Notes: generated by a model from the sequence alone, not told the origin. 64,000 nt of DNA from Azolla caroliniana (GCA_043228905.1 JBHGNT010000013.1:1736001-1800000), one strand, 5' to 3'. Positions 25,801 to 40,550 are shown, counted from the first letter of the stretch. Made by a program: numbers and translations.

Positions 25801-28087
25801 GTACAAATTGAAACCGGGAGATGCCGGAAGTCCACCTAGGTACAAGGCCTGAATCGTGGTAAAGGGCTTCCAGCAGAAGAAAGGAGTGGACTTCGATGAG
25901 ATCTTTGCCATGGTAGTAAAGATGACATCCATCCGGACGGTATTGGGCATAGCGGCAAGCATGGACCTCGAGGTAGAGCAACTGGACGTCAAGACGACAT
26001 TCCTATATGGCGGCCTCGAAGAAGAGATCTACATGCATCAACCGGAAGGATTTGAAAGGGAAGGGAAGGGAAGGAGCACCTAGTGTGCCGACTGAAGAAA
26101 AGCCTATACGAACAAAAGCAAGCTCCCCGGCAATGGTATCGGAAGTTCAACTCCTTCATGACCGACCAAGGGTACCACAAGACGCGATCACTGCATGTTT
26201 GTGAAGAAATTTGATGGAGGAGATTTCCTGATACTCCTCCTATATGTGGATGATATGTTGATCGTCGGACGAGACCAAGGCAAGATTCGTATGCTAAAGA
26301 AGGCTCTGAACCGGACCTTCTCAATGAAAGACTTGGGGCCGGCAAGACAGATATTGGGAATGCACATCATCCGAGACCGGTTGAAGAAGTTGTTGTGGTT
26401 GTCACAGGAGAAGTATGTGACAAAGGTGCTTCAACGGTTCAACGTGTCAGAGGCGAAACCGGTCGGATCGACACTTCCGGAAAATTGCAAGCTATTCGGA
26501 AAACAAAGCCCGAGGACAAAGGCGGAGAAGACGGATATGGTGAAGATACCATATGCCTCTATCGTCAAGAGCTTGATGTATGCGATGGTATGTACCCGGC
26601 CGGATATCGGATATGAAATCAGAGTGGTGAGCCGGTTCATGAGCAATCCCGAAAGAGAGCACTGGAACCTGGTCAAGTGGATACTCCAGTATCTGAAAGG
26701 CACCTCGAGTATGTGCCTCCGGTTTGGCTTCGGAAAACCCCAACTCGATGGTTTCACGGATTCAAATATGTCGGCTGATGCAGATACTAGTCAGTTGACA
26801 TTCGAATATGTCATGACTTATGCAGGGGGAGATGTTTCGTGGCAGTTGAGGTTGTAGAAGACGGTTGCATTGTTCGGAGGCGGAGTACATGGTAGCTATA
26901 AAAGCCATCAAGGAGATAATCTGGATGAAGGACTTCATCAGAGAGCTAGGGATCCAACAGGAGGAATACCGGCTCTACTGCGATAGTCAAAGCGCCATCC
27001 ACCTTGCAAAGAACACGGCCTACCATTCCCATACGAAACATATCCAGCGGAGGTACCACTAGATCCGAGAGAAAGTAGAAGATCAAGAGTTCATGCTGAC
27101 GAAGATCCACACGGAGGAGAACGGGTCAGATATGTTGACCCAGGTGTTGACGACCAACAAGTTGGACGCTTGCCGAGAGCGGATCAGGCTGACAAGACAT
27201 CCCATGCCGGAGTGAAGGGGGAGATTGTTGGGAAATTAGTCTCTCCGGATGGGATCCGGTGGTGAATAAAGAGTACCCGGTGAGAACCGGAAGAGATCCG
27301 GAAACCGGAGGAGACCCGGTGAGAACCGGAAGAGAAGACATATCTGTAAATATGTTTTGATTGAGGCTATATTTGTAAATATCCCTAAGTTCATATAAGT
27401 ATAAATATGACTTAGGGCAATCACTTTGAGTGGTTGTTATTATTATTGTCATATTGTGATATAGAGAGAGCGATAGAGGGAGAGAGAGAGAGAGAGTGAG
27501 ATATAGAGTGATACTCTCTTGTAACCGTTGGTTGGCGAAGATACAGAGTTCGAGGTTGTTGCCTCCGAGGCTCTGATTGTACCTTTCTCCTATAGTGATA
27601 GTTGGAGTCTGTAGGCTCCCGTGGTTTTTTTCCCATTTAGGGTTTTCCACATAAACATCTTGTGTATTTCCTTTGTGTACTCTCCACTTCCCATTTCTGT
27701 GTTTCATTCTCAAAGAAGTGTTCAAGACTCGGTTGTGGTCGAGCAATATTCCAACAATCTTATTCGAAATTCAAGAGATTCGATCTGAAGTGACTACGGA
27801 TGACTAACCTAGTCGAGTTCGACCCGAGTATGTCAATTCGATTTCGAATGTTGATTTTCGAGATTTCTAAACACAGAGCATGTGCCAATTATCCAGGCCA
27901 ACCCTACTTCAGATGACTATGACAATGAGAAGAACAGATTCAGCTAATCTTTCTGAGTGTTGTCTAGCCAAATGAAGCACGAAGCGGGGGTTGTTCCTGG
28001 AGCCTAGACAACTATGAGTGATTACGACAAGCGAGTGACTAGCGCCAGGTGACCTACTCGATTGTTGTCTAATCCAATGTAATATGG
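19873..28087 (-). mobile_element. Ty1/Copia element W (degenerate, internal deletion), interrupted by Copia V; its 5' UTR/LTR lies inverted at 30846-31421
   Basis: gag 22950-22160 (FD.SNFNFW, LLMSSLPPSWETFV), RT/RNaseH remnants 21900-20200. LTR remnant 19873-19970 matches the reverse complement of 31060-31152. Confidence 0.75.
23058..27756 (+). mobile_element. Ty1/Copia element V (degenerate, integrase core deleted)
   Basis: LTRs 23058-23598 and 27226-27756, PBS TGGTATCAGAGC (tRNA-iMet) 23602-23613, PPT GAAGGGGGAGA. gag CCHC, PR, GAG-pre-integrase, RT YVDD, RNaseH. TSD not clean. Confidence 0.92.
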
Positions 28088-31000
28088 TGTTGTGAAGATT
28101 TTCGGCAATGGTGTGAAAATGGCGAGGAACATACAAAATTGAGTGTGGTTCTTCACACATGATATGAAACAATAATAGTAAAGATACTATTTTAGATTAG
28201 TTTAATATCTTGGTATGAAAAGATGGATGTCTTCAAGAGCCTCCGAATGTACTTTACTACATTTGAAACGGACAACTAAATGTCAAGTTATGTGACTGTG
28301 AAGTTTGAGAAGGAGAGGAAAAAAACAAAACTATGAGATATCCCACATAGATAGGACAAATCAGGATCCCACAGTATATAAGCAGAGCCAGAACTTATTA
28401 GTTTTTGTCTATGTGTGGAGCACAGAATGTTCTTGGGCCAAACTGTGGCTTAACTACTCGTAATGATTTTGGACGACCGGACCGGACGGACGGTGACGGA
28501 ACCGGAACCGGCAGACGGCGCCGAACTGGAACTAGAATGAGGACGGCGACCGAACCGGCACCAGAACCGGACCGGGTCGGATGTAGACCGGATAGGCCGG
28601 ATAGACGGATCGCGACGATTTCGGTGTGAAACGAACAAAATCATCTAGGTGAATGAGATCCAGGACATGAAAGAAGAATGCGTAAACCAAATGGAGGTTC
28701 GAAGGTTCCTTGGAGCATGCGCGTTTTATCATATCTGGATTCTGCACTACACTCATGTCGCCGAGCCATTATATGGATTGCTAAAGAAAAGAATGAAGTT
28801 TGAATGGCGAGATGAGCATAAAAAATGCGATGCGAAGATTGAAGAAACTACTTCTTGAAGCTCCAGCACTAAGGAAGGCCGATTATACAAAGGAAAGCCG
28901 ATTTATGTGATTATAGATACAAGCCCAACCGGAATCGGGTGTGTCATCAACCAAGAAGGAGAAGGTAATGCGCAGTATGCCATCCGGTTCGGAACAAAGG
29001 TTCTCAGCGAACGACAACAAAGATACGCCCAAGTTAAGCGGGAACTTTGGGGTATTATGTCTACAGTAAAGATGGACAAAGACTATCTGATCGGGTCGGA
29101 AGTGATAATTGAGACAGATTGTCTCCCAATCCTCGGGATAAACTTAGGATGTGTGACACCAAATCTAGCTATGTTAAGGTGGATCGCCTATATCAAGTCT
29201 TTAAACCCATAGATCGTGAAAATCTTCACGACATCCACCCCCGCCAAACCGCACATCCTCCGGTATGTGCCAAGAAGAGAGTGTGAGATTTTAGCTACGG
29301 TGATTAATTAGATCCCTCCATGTCCTCGTTCACATTACTCAAGTCTGTAGGTTCAGTCCTACTATCTTCATCGTCGAGTTGATCGAGGTCAGGATCCTCG
29401 TCTTGTCTTTTCTTGAAAATCTTTACTCTTTTTCCCGCAATGAGTATGGCGAACCTTGATCCGTCTAGTTTCGCAAGGTAGTATGTGGCATTGTCGTTGG
29501 CACTTGTCACCACATATGGTCTGAACCATCTTCTTTGTGAACTTTCTTGTTGTCCTGTGTTGATTGTCAAGGCTGTTGTTGTAGACCAATACCCAATCTC
29601 CTTCTTCGATCTTCTTGGGACACAGTAGATGTGTTTTATCAAACCGAATCTTGTTCTTCACGTGGGCTGCCTCCATCATCTTCTGCGCTTTTTCTAGATC
29701 TTTAGGCCTTCTTTCAAGCTGCCTTATCCGTACCACTAATAATTCTTCTCGACTCATCTCGTTCTCCCATGGTATCGCTACCCATGATGTGATCGTCCTT
29801 TCAATGGGCATTACCGGCTTCTGTCCATACATAAGCTCTGTTGGCATATACCCAGTCACTGAACTGTGTGTAGTTCTGTCGGCCCACAAGGCATAGGGCA
29901 ATAGTCGTGGCCAGTTCTCGACTCGATCGTTGCATGCTCGTACGATGGCTTTGACGATTGGTCCATGCCCTTGCTCGATCTTCCCATTCGCTTCTAGATT
30001 GTAGGCAGTCGTGAGGGAGAGCTTCACGCATAGTCGATCGAAGAGCTCCGTTGCTTCGCGTGCATCCAACTCCCCTCGATCAGCTATCTTTCCCACTCAT
30101 CCGTATCAACAAACAAACTCTTCAAGTAGAAATTTGCAAACAGCTGACATCGTCTTATTTGCCAAGGCTCGTCCTTCCACTTGAATTTTCAGGTCTTCTC
30201 TTGCCAGTACTAAGTACTTCATTTGTCCCACTCCCATTGGTATCGAAACCAGATCCACCATCCATTTGAAGTGTATGGTGATCGGGTATGTCGGCCGTAA
30301 CTCATCACGATGACGTATGTTCGAATGTCTTGGAAAATTTCGCATGTGGACACGAAATGGAGTACATCTATGTACATGCTTGGCCACCAGTACTTTTCCT
30401 TCAACTTTTTGAACGTCGCCCATGTTCCTCTATGACCCGCCCAAGGACTCTCATGGAATTCGGCAGTCATCAACGTCACTTGCTCTTCTTTCTTCACCAC
30501 CACTTGACGTGGCATTCCTATCCTTTTTGGGTGTCGCCAGAGGAATCCTCCCTTCAGGAAGTATTGGTAAGCTTTCTTCCGGATTCGTAGAGCCTCCTCT
30601 TTCGTCAACGAAGCATCCACCGTCATTGTTCTTAAGAATCTGTTGATCAGTAACCACTCTCCTTCGTACTCGTCCTCGTTGAAGGCGTGGAGTGTTAGTG
30701 TGTCCTTGTCTTCGACCGATAGTCAGGCCATCTTGAAGAAGTCGAGGGTGACGTCTTCATCTTCCGAAACCATGTCACTTTCATTCTCAAATCTTGCCCT
30801 CAACAACATGTCAGCCATGGTGTTCGTCTTTCCTGCAATGTGTTTTGTTGAATGTGGGTTTCTAATGAACGTATTCACATTGTCTCCTTTTGTACACACT
30901 AGGTTTAGGCTATTTATGTAAATAGTGAGAAGGGTAGTTGCCCTAAGTCAGTAAGTATATAAACTCACTTTGTAACCTAGTTTTGGGTTGGTTGAAATAT

Positions 31001-32411
31001 AGTTTATCTTGTGCCTAATCGTCTCTTTCTCTTGCGTTCTTCTTTGATCTTGCTGCTTGATTCTATCTCTAGTTGCCATTAATCTACCTTGCTTGCATCC
31101 ACTTATGATCCTCACTCTAGGAGGGTGCTGATTTGTTCTGCACAATACGGCTCCATTCTCAACATCTGGTATTAGAACTTGGTGTTCTCGATTCTACTAC
31201 CGTTGTCTACTTTGACTCCATCAACAACTCTTCTTCAGTACACCATGAAGATCTTCGCTGTCAACTCTCTACAAGATCGTTTTTTGTAAAGAGAAACACC
31301 GGCAAAATCTGCACTCCACTATTCTAAATCACCATTGAAGTGAGCCAATCGGCTTCACTTCACTCCTACGATTGTAGCCGCTCAGAGTGAGATTTCGTTT
31401 CACAAGCTCTGCCTCAACTGTTGTCGTGAAGATCCTTCACTACGTGCAGATCGTGAGGCGGAACCGGCGGGGTCCTGGACAAGAAGGATTCGAAGTTTGT
31501 ACTAACTTTAGCAAGAAAGGATTTAAGATAGATTGAGATTAAGATTCCAATTTTGAAACAGATTGAGAAAGATTGAAATGGAGAGAGAGAGATTAAGCTT
31601 GAACTCTTGACTTTAGATTTGAAGAACAAGATATATCATCAATTGGATAACGGATTTTCTTCTTATTAAATTCTTGATTCAGACATCGCTCCCTTTGATC
31701 TTTTTCATCCACTCTCTTATAGATGCCCCCATGAATACGATGCATGTGAGGGTACATGACATGCATACAATGCATGTGATGCATGTTTGCCATTTAGCGT
31801 TCATGCATTACATGTGATGCATGATAACCATGTCACTCAATCAAGCTCTAATATGAGAATTTACATGTGAAAGCATAATCATAGAAAAATCATTTTTAGG
31901 GAAATGACTTGGCTTAGTGGTAAGTTTATTGCCTCCTATCTTGGAGGTGCAATGTTCAAGCCTTGCTTGCATCCCTTTGTATACAAATTTTAGTCTAGAT
32001 GATTTTGTTTGTTTCACACCGAAATCGTCGTGATCGTCCGGTTCGGTTCTCCAAAACGATTACGAGTAGTTAAGCCATAGTTTAGCCCAAGAACATTCTG
32101 TTCTCCACATATAGACAAAAAGTAATAAGTACTGGCTCTGCTTTATACTATGGGATCCTGATTTGTCCTATCTATGTGGGAGATCTCATAGTTTTGTTTT
32201 TCTCTTCTCTTTCTCAAACTTCACATTCACATAACTTGACATTTAGTTGTCTGTTTGAAATGTAAAGTACATTCGAAAGCTCTTGAAGACATCCATCTTT
32301 TCGTACCAAGATATTAAACTAATCTAAAATAGTATCTTTACTATTATTGTTTCATATCATGTGTGAAGAACCACACTTGATTTTGTATGTTCCTCGCAAT
32401 TTTCACACCAT
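28088..32411. mobile_element. Phygy-like non-chromovirus Gypsy element F, internally deleted and rearranged
   Basis: 5' LTR part 28088-28648 (+), RT/RNaseH 28649-29215 (+), RNaseH end-integrase-PPT-LTR start 30845->29216 (-), rest of 3' LTR 32411->31422 (-). Homologous to 54852-60572. Confidence 0.8.
30846..31421 (+). repeat. Copia W 5' LTR (30846-31163), degenerate Met-PBS and 5' UTR
   Basis: TGTTGAATG..CTCAACA followed by TCTGGTATTAGAAC. Confidence 0.8.
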
Positions 32412-32599
32412 GGTGGGCGGCCCTCAATCCAACAATTTTGATGTTCTAAGCCAATTGGATGACCTATTAAACGAGTAAGTCCAACCATAATCGGAGCCAT
32501 TTGCTTGATCAAACCAAAGCATATAAAATTGGTTTCGAGCATAGGTTCCATTTCATTGAATCCAATTAGTAAAGTTTTAGCGACAGTTCAACTTAGCAT

Positions 32600-33299
32600 A
32601 TCAAGATGTCAACAAGTTCTTGTATCTACACTCTTAGATTCATGAGCCAACTCATGTTTCGTGGATTGGAATTTTGCCACAACACAAGAAATTCTACTTT
32701 ATAATCTTTCTCGTCTAGCATCTGTAGTAGTAAGTGATTTACATTCTATTGCATATGCCATCAAGAGATATTACTAAACAATCGGAGCCAATTCATGTAG
32801 TTCTCAGTAATTTAGCTTGTGTAATAACTTTCAATATCATAAGCAATCCCGAACATCGAATTGTTCTTGGGTTCCCTTGGTTCAAACTCTATAATCCAAA
32901 GATTGATTGGAGGAAGCATGAAGTCATAGACTTGCAAGACAACAACGGTTCAAGGCTCCTCATCGCATCAACCTCAAAGCTAAGGCCAAGACATATACCA
33001 ACTATCACTCTACAAAGCTTACATAAAGAAGCTAGGTTAGAAGAGATGTTCGTGTTTGCAATGGTCCTAACCTCGCATCAAACTCAAAGCTAAGGCCAAG
33101 AAATATATCAAATATCTCTCTACAAAGGTTACATAAAGAAGCTAGGGTAGAAGAGATGTTCTTGTTTGTAGTGGTCATAACCCCATTTTCAAACCCACAA
33201 GATTTTGATGTCCATTTACCATCAAAGTATCAATAATTCTCTAATGTGTTTGATAAGGTAAAGGCCAAGACACTTCTTGATCATCGACCATGTGATTGT
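32600..33299 (+). pseudogene. Chromovirus protease/pre-RT remnant
   Basis: LLDS*ANSCFVD, HRIVLGFPWFKLYNPKIDW, ..HRPCDC; contains a ~114-bp internal duplication. Confidence 0.75.
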
Positions 33300-35119
33300 T
33301 GTCAAATATGGGAAATAATGGATGTATTCACACTATCCTATTTGGACATGCTAGGTTTAGGCTATTTATGTAAATAGTGGAAAGGGCAGTTGCCCTAAGT
33401 TAATTGGTATTTGAACTGACTCTCGTAACCTAGTTTTAAAAGGTTGTTCATTTTGTATACTGTGTCATTGTAACTTTGAGAGAATAATACAGTTACACGG
33501 TTCTGTACCTATTGGTGTCTTCTTCTCTTCTTGTTGCCTTCTTATTGATCTTGTCTATGTTGCTTTCTTTGTCTAGAATCTGTTAATACATCTCTGTACT
33601 TGTTATCAACTGGTTGATCTTCATTTGAAGAGTGTTGATCTTGTTCCACACCCGAGGCTGGTTACAACATCTAGTATCAAAGCTTGGTGTCTTTGATTCT
33701 ACAACTAGTCGCCCTTTGCCTCCATCAACAACTCTTCTTTTGCACTTTCTGAAGATCTTTTCGACAACTTCACTCTAGTATAACAGATTCTGGGATCTTA
33801 TTTCAGCTGAAATATTCGGTCTAGAAACTCTCACAAGACCATATTCCACTGAGAAGAAACAACCACAAGTTTGCACTTCAATGCATTAAATCACCTCTAG
33901 AGTAAGCCAACCAGTCACTCTTTGTCTATGTGACTATAACCGATCAAAATGGGATTCCAAATCTAACGGCCATACTTGTGCTCCATTCAGTTAGGCGATA
34001 ATCGAATAGGTCATCCGATGATGTTCACTCACTCTTCGTAACCACTCGAAGCAAAATCTGCCCCAAGAACAACCCCCATCTGTGCTTCATTCGACCAAAT
34101 GATATTCGAGAAGACCATCCGGATTTGTCCCTCTAATTGTCGTAGTTACTCGAAGCAAGATCAGCTTGGATAATCGGCACAAACGGCACATAATCTGTGA
34201 TCGCTCTTTGTGCTCAATTCGGCTAGGTGATATTCGGGAAGATCAATTGGCTTTGTCCCTCCACTCACCGTACACACTCCGAGCAACTTTAGAACCCAAC
34301 TGCCATCCTAAATCCAATAGGCTAATCAATCAGCTAATTCAGATCCAATTCGACTAGGCCAATCCGTTGTAATCACACCAGGCCAAACACACCAATAGTC
34401 GAAGATGATTTAGCTCCTGTTCAAACTCGGCAAGAACAAATTCGGTTGAGCCAGTCAGCTACATCCAATCGTTGTTCATAGCCATCCCCGAACAAAGCCT
34501 CCCGAAACTGACACAAAATGGCATCAACATCCGGCTCATTAGAGGTGAGTTTAAGGAACTTCGACGGGTCGAACTTCAACTTCGGGAAGGAGTAGATGCA
34601 GGACTACATGATAGTCAAGGGTCAAATCGACCCAATCAAGACTAAAAACGCTCCAGAAGGATATAAGCCGAATGAGTGGACGAAGTTGGACCGAATTGTC
34701 CGCGCTACCATTCAGATGAACTTGTCAAATTCGATGTACTTCACAGTGCAATTATGTTCGACTACCTTCCAACTATAGAAGACACTCTTAGACACTTATG
34801 AAAAGAAGGTCGCCACAACAAAGATATATTTGATCCGGCGTCTCTACAACCTTTGGATGAAAGAATCTGACTCGGTCCATGCACAACTCAACGAGTGTAA
34901 AAGCCTAAGGTCCCAAAATTTGGCCCACGGGACTACAATCGAAGACAGATTAAAAGCAATGTTGCTCATGAGTAGTCTCCCTCCTTCGTGGGAAACTTTC
35001 GTCACAACTGTGTGAAATGTGTTGGCTGCTATCGTGAAGTACTAGGAAGTCATGAGCTCAATCCTAACGGAAGTTGTTGTTAGGAAATGATCGGCCACAA
35101 CCGGTTACATGTTCATATT

Positions 35120-38100
35120 TGACGAGAAATAAGCGGAATAATCTCTAGCCACAACCGAATCGTAGATCACTTGATGACAATCAAACACAGAAGAAATGGG
35201 AATGGAGGTAACTACACGAACAGAAAGAGAATACACAAGATGTTAACGTGGAAAACCCCCGAGAGGGAAAAACCACAGGAGTCCACAGACTCCAAACTAT
35301 CACTATGCCAATTAATACAACAGGGAGCACAGAGGCAACAACCTCTTGCTCACGGTCTTCGCTTGGCGGCGGTTACAACAGAGACATGCTCTGTATCGCT
35401 CTCTCTCTATCTATCTATCTATCTCTCTGTACAGTCGTTACACCAATTACGTTATACGAAATAACAACAACTATGATCATACCTATTAAGTTTGCCCTAG
35501 GTCATATTTATATTGATATGACTTTCGGGCTATTTACAAATATAGCCCTAGTGGGCTCTTTGGAACATATTTACATATATGTCCCTTCCATCTGATGAGA
35601 GGTTCTCACCAAGCCTGCAACATCCGGTTCTCACCGGGTCTTCCTTGCTAGGTACTCGTCATCCGGTTCTCACCGGGTCTGCATCATCCATTGCCGGGTA
35701 CTCCACATCCGGTTCTCACCGGGTCTGCATCATCCGTTGTCGGGTACTCGGTATCCCATCCGGAGGGACCGAGATCCTAACAAACTCCCCCTTCACTTCG
35801 GCATGGGATGCCTCGTCAATCCGATCCACTTCCGACATGCATCTAGCTTGTCGGGTGTCAGCACCTTGGTCAGCATATCCAACCCGTTCTCCTCCGTGTG
35901 GATCTTCGTCAACACAAACTCTCAGTCTTCTACTCGCTCCCGAATCCAGTGGTACCTCCGTTGGATGTGCTTCGTCCTGGAATGATACGTTGCATTCTTC
36001 GCAAGGTGGATGGCACTTTGACTGTCACAATAGAACCGGTATTCCTCTTGTCGGATCCCTAGCTCTTCGATGAAGTCCTTCATCCATAGTATTTCCTTGC
36101 CGGCTTCCACAGCCGCCATGTACTCCGCTTCCATGGTTGACAACACAACCGTCTTCTGCAGCCTCGATTGCCACAAAACAGCTCCCCCCGCATATGTCAT
36201 GACATATCTGGATGTTGACTTGCTGGTATCAGCATCAGCCGACATATCCGAATCGGTGAAACCGTCAAGTTGGGGTTTACCGGAGCCGAATCGGAGACAC
36301 ATACTTGAGGTGCCTTTCAAGTATCGGAGTATCCATTTTACCGCATTCTAGTGCTCATAAACCGGCTCACCACTCCAACTGCATATCTGATATCCGGTCG
36401 GGTACACACCATTGCGTACATTAGGCTCCCAACGACAGAGGCATATGGTATCTTCATCATATCCGCCTTCTCTGCCTTCGTCTTCGGGCTTTGCTTACTG
36501 GATAACCTGCAGTTTGCCGAAAGTGTCAATCCGACCGGTTTCGCATCTGACATGTTGAACCGTTGAAGCACCTTTGTCACGTAGTTCTCTTGTGATAGCC
36601 ACAATTGCTTCGTTGGTTGGTCCCGGATGATATGCATCCCCAGCATTTGTCTTGTCGGACCTAAGTCTTTCATTGAGAAGGTCCGGTTCAGGGCCTTCTT
36701 CAGCATTTGTATCTTGACTTGGTCTCGTCCGACGATCAACATGTCGTCCACATACAAGAGGAGTATTAGGAAGTCTCCACCTTCGAACTTCTTCACAAAT
36801 ACGCAGTGATCGGCCTGCGTCTTGTGGTACCCTTGATCGTTCATGAAGGAGTCGAACTTCCGGTACCATTGCCGGGGAGCCTGCTTCAACCTGTAGAGGC
36901 TCTTTTTTAACCGACAAACCAGATGCTCCTTCCCTTTCTTCACGAAACCCTCCGGTTGCTGCATGTAGATCTCCTCTTCGAGGTCGCCGTGGAGGAACGT
37001 CGTCTTCACGTCTAACTGCTCTACCTCGAGGTCCATGCTTGACACTATGCTCAGCACCGTCCGGATGGAAATCATCTTTACTACCGAGGCAAATATCTCG
37101 TCGAAGTCCACGCCCTTCTTCTGCTGGAACCCCTTCACCACGACCCTGGCTTTGTACCTTGGAGGGTTGCTTGCATCTCCCGGTTTCAACTTGTACACCC
37201 ACTTGTTTCGGAGTGCCCTCTTTCCTTTCGACAACTCCACCAATTCATACGTGTGGTTCTCATGCAAGGAATCCATCTCGTCCTACATGGCACTCAACCA
37301 CTTGCGGCTATGGGTGTCATCCTTCGCTTCTTCGAAGCTTTCCGACTCCCCCTCATCGGTCAGCAACACATGATCTGCATCCGGAAATTTCCGGGGGGGC
37401 CTTCTCTCTCTGAGAGGATATCTCCATCTTTGGCTTTCGGCAACCGGCTCCTCTATTTTTTCTTCATCCAAATCCGATTCAGGGTCTTGGCCGGTTCCGG
37501 TTTCAGCTTCCTCTACTTCTTCTTTTGCCGGTTCGGTATCCACACCGTAATCGGCTAGTTCCTCGAGTGTCAACCGGCTCTTAGCCAGGTGGGTCCGAAT
37601 CTCATCGGAGTTCATTATCTTCTTCTCCAACTCCCAGTCGACAAGAGTCTTGTCCTCCATGAAGATAATATCTCGGCTCTGGAAAACCTTCTTGTCTACC
37701 GGATCCCACACTCGGTAGCCGAACTCATCATCGTCGTATCCGAGGAATATGCATGGCCGGGTCTTTGGATCCAGCTTTCCTCTCCGGTCCTTAGCAACAT
37801 GCACGTACGTGAGACACCCGAACACCTTCAAATGCCGGTAGGACACTTCCTTATAGGTCCACACCTTTTGCGGCGTGTCTCCATCCAAGGGCACTCAGGG
37901 TTATCTGTTTATCACATGCGTCATTGTCGTCAGCGCCTCAGTCCAAAACGTCTTGGGTAGTTTAGCATGTGCTAGCATACTCCGGACCCTCTCCATTATG
38001 GTTCGGTTCATCCTCTCAGCTAGCCCGTTTAGTTCCGGTGTCTTCGGCATGGTAAATTCAAGCCGGATTCCCTTCGAGCAACAGTACTCCTCGAACTGCC

Positions 38101-40106
38101 CCCGATATTCCCGTCCGTTATCTGCTCGAATTGCCTTCAGCTTCAGTCCGGTTTCTCTTTCCACTCTTGCGTGGAGCTCCTTGAAGACGGATAACACCTA
38201 ATCCTTCGTATTCAACGGTGTGGCCCACAACCTCCTATTGTGGTCATCTATGAATGTCACGAAGTACTACGCTCTGGCATGGGACTTCGTGTCCACTTGA
38301 CACACATTGGTATGCACCAACTCTAATGGTGCATTACATCTCATCAGTGGCCTTGATCGGAAGGAGGTCCGGTTTTGCTTACCGGCTAGGCAGTCGGTGC
38401 ACCTCTCAAGATGCACGTTCTTCATTGGAATGAGGTTGTCATCGGCAAGCCTCTTCATCCCCTTCACACTCATGTGACACAGTCTCTTGTGACACAGCTC
38501 ACTGGCAGTGTCGGAAACCACGTTCACTTCTTCTAGGCATAACCGGGCATTGATCAGGTACAGCGTGTTGACCTTCCGGGCCAGAGCCACTATCAGGCTC
38601 CCTTTGCTGAATTTCATGACTCCGTTCCAGATGCTACCCGTGTAGCCTTCATCATCTAACCGACCGGCTGATATCAGGTTCAGTCGAACCTCCGGAACGT
38701 GTCGGACATCCTTCAGCAGCAGCTTGCATCCGGTTGGTGTTGTCAACCACACGTCTCCTATGCCAACAATTCGGCATGTACCTTCATTCCTCATCCGGAC
38801 ACAGCCGTGATCACCAGCTGTGTAGGATGAGAAGCATCTCCGGTCCGGGGTAAGGTGGAACACCGCTCCGGAATTGACAACCCACGTTGTCTCGTCGCCG
38901 GCAAGGTTCAACTCACTCTCCTCGGTGATGAGCATCAACTCTTCTTCACTTGCCGCGATTGCCGTCGTTCCCTTCCGGTCCGGCCCCCTCCAGTCTTTAC
39001 CGTTCCGGTCCAATGTCCGCTTCGAATCGGTACCGTCGGTTTCCTTGCCTTTTCGGAAGTGCCGACAGTTCTTCTGGAAGTGTCCCGACTTGTCACAATA
39101 GAAGCAAGTAGGCCTCCCCCTTGACTTTGACCATGTCCCCGATTTTTCCCGGTTCTGGGGACTACAGTTCCTTTGTCTTCCGCGTTCCGATTCGGTAAGG
39201 AGCGCTTTGGAGTCGGAGCTCGTATCCTTGTCTTCCCGACGTGCCTCCTCATCTAGCAAGCTCGACTTCACTCTTGCTAAGGATAACCGTTTCCCTTCCA
39301 GCCCGGCGTTGCCCAAAGTAACAACCAACGTCTCCCAGCTATTTGGGAGGGAACTGAGCAGGAGTAGTGCTAGTACCTCATCGGCGAGAGGTACTTCCAA
39401 TGATGTTGCCTAGTGGATCAGCCCCTGGAAGGCATTCATGTGCTCTGCCATGCTGGAGCCATCTTGGTACCGGAGTCTTACTAGCTTCCGAAATACCGAA
39501 ACCTTATTAACAACATTTTTGTTCTGAAACATAATGCCGATCTTCTCCTAGATCTCATAAGCCTTTCTCTCTTCATTGAAGTTGTTGTATAGACTCATGT
39601 CGATGAAGCACCGTATGTACGCCGTTGTCTTCATGTGCATCACCTCCCATATCGTGGCATCGATTTTGTCCGGTCTCTTGTCCCCGAACTGAACCGGCAA
39701 CCAAAGATCTTTAACCACGATCATGTCCCTCATCTTCGACTTCCACACTGAGTAGTTGGAGCCAGTGAGCTTGAACATGCCTCCCAACGAATCGTCCATT
39801 TTTCTGTGTCGTTTTGCTCTGATACCACTTTGACGAGAAATAAGCGGAATAATCTCCGGCCACAACCGAAGCGAAGATAACTTGATGACAATCAAACACA
39901 GGAGAAATGGGAATGGAGGTAAGTACACGAACAGAAAGAGAATACACAAGATGTTAACGTGGAAAACCCTCGAGAGGGAAAAACCACAAGAGTCCACAGA
40001 CTCCAAACTATCACTATGCCAATTAATACAACATGGAGCACAAAGGCAACGACCTCTTGCTCACGGTCTTCGCCTGGCGGCGGTTACAACAGAGACATGC
40101 TCTGTA

Positions 40107-40144
<38 letters not shown>

Positions 40145-40527
40145 TCTCTCTCTATCTATCTATCTATCTCTCTGTACAGTCGTTACACCAATTACACTAT
40201 ACGAAATAACAACAACTATGATCATACCTATTAAGTTTGCCCTAGGTCATATTTATATTGATATGACTTTCGGGCTATTTACAAATATAGCCCCAATGGG
40301 CTTTCTGGAACATATTTACATATATGTCCCTTCCATCCGATGAGAGGTTCTCACCGGGCCTGCAACATCCGGTTCTCACCGGGTCTTCCTTGCCAAGTAC
40401 TCGTCATCCGGTTCTCATTGGGTTTGCATCAGCCGTTGCCGAGTACTCCACATCCGGTTCTCACCGGGTCTGCATCATCCGTTGCCGGGTACTCCGTATC
40501 CCATCTGGAGGGACCGAGATCCTAACA
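35120..40527 (-). mobile_element. Ty1/Copia element X, full length with a few stops
   Basis: LTRs 35120-35782 and 39831-40527, TSD ATATT, PBS 39816-39827, PPT ~35784. gag-PR-IN-RT-RNaseH ORF pieces 39799-35790. Confidence 0.95.
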
Positions 40528-40550
40528 ATATTCGTGTACAGAAACCAAGA

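Noticed and set aside
28108-32411. Large-TIR (Mutator/foldback) DNA transposon
   Set aside because: The inverted arms are two LTR copies of Gypsy F, placed in opposite orientation by rearrangement.
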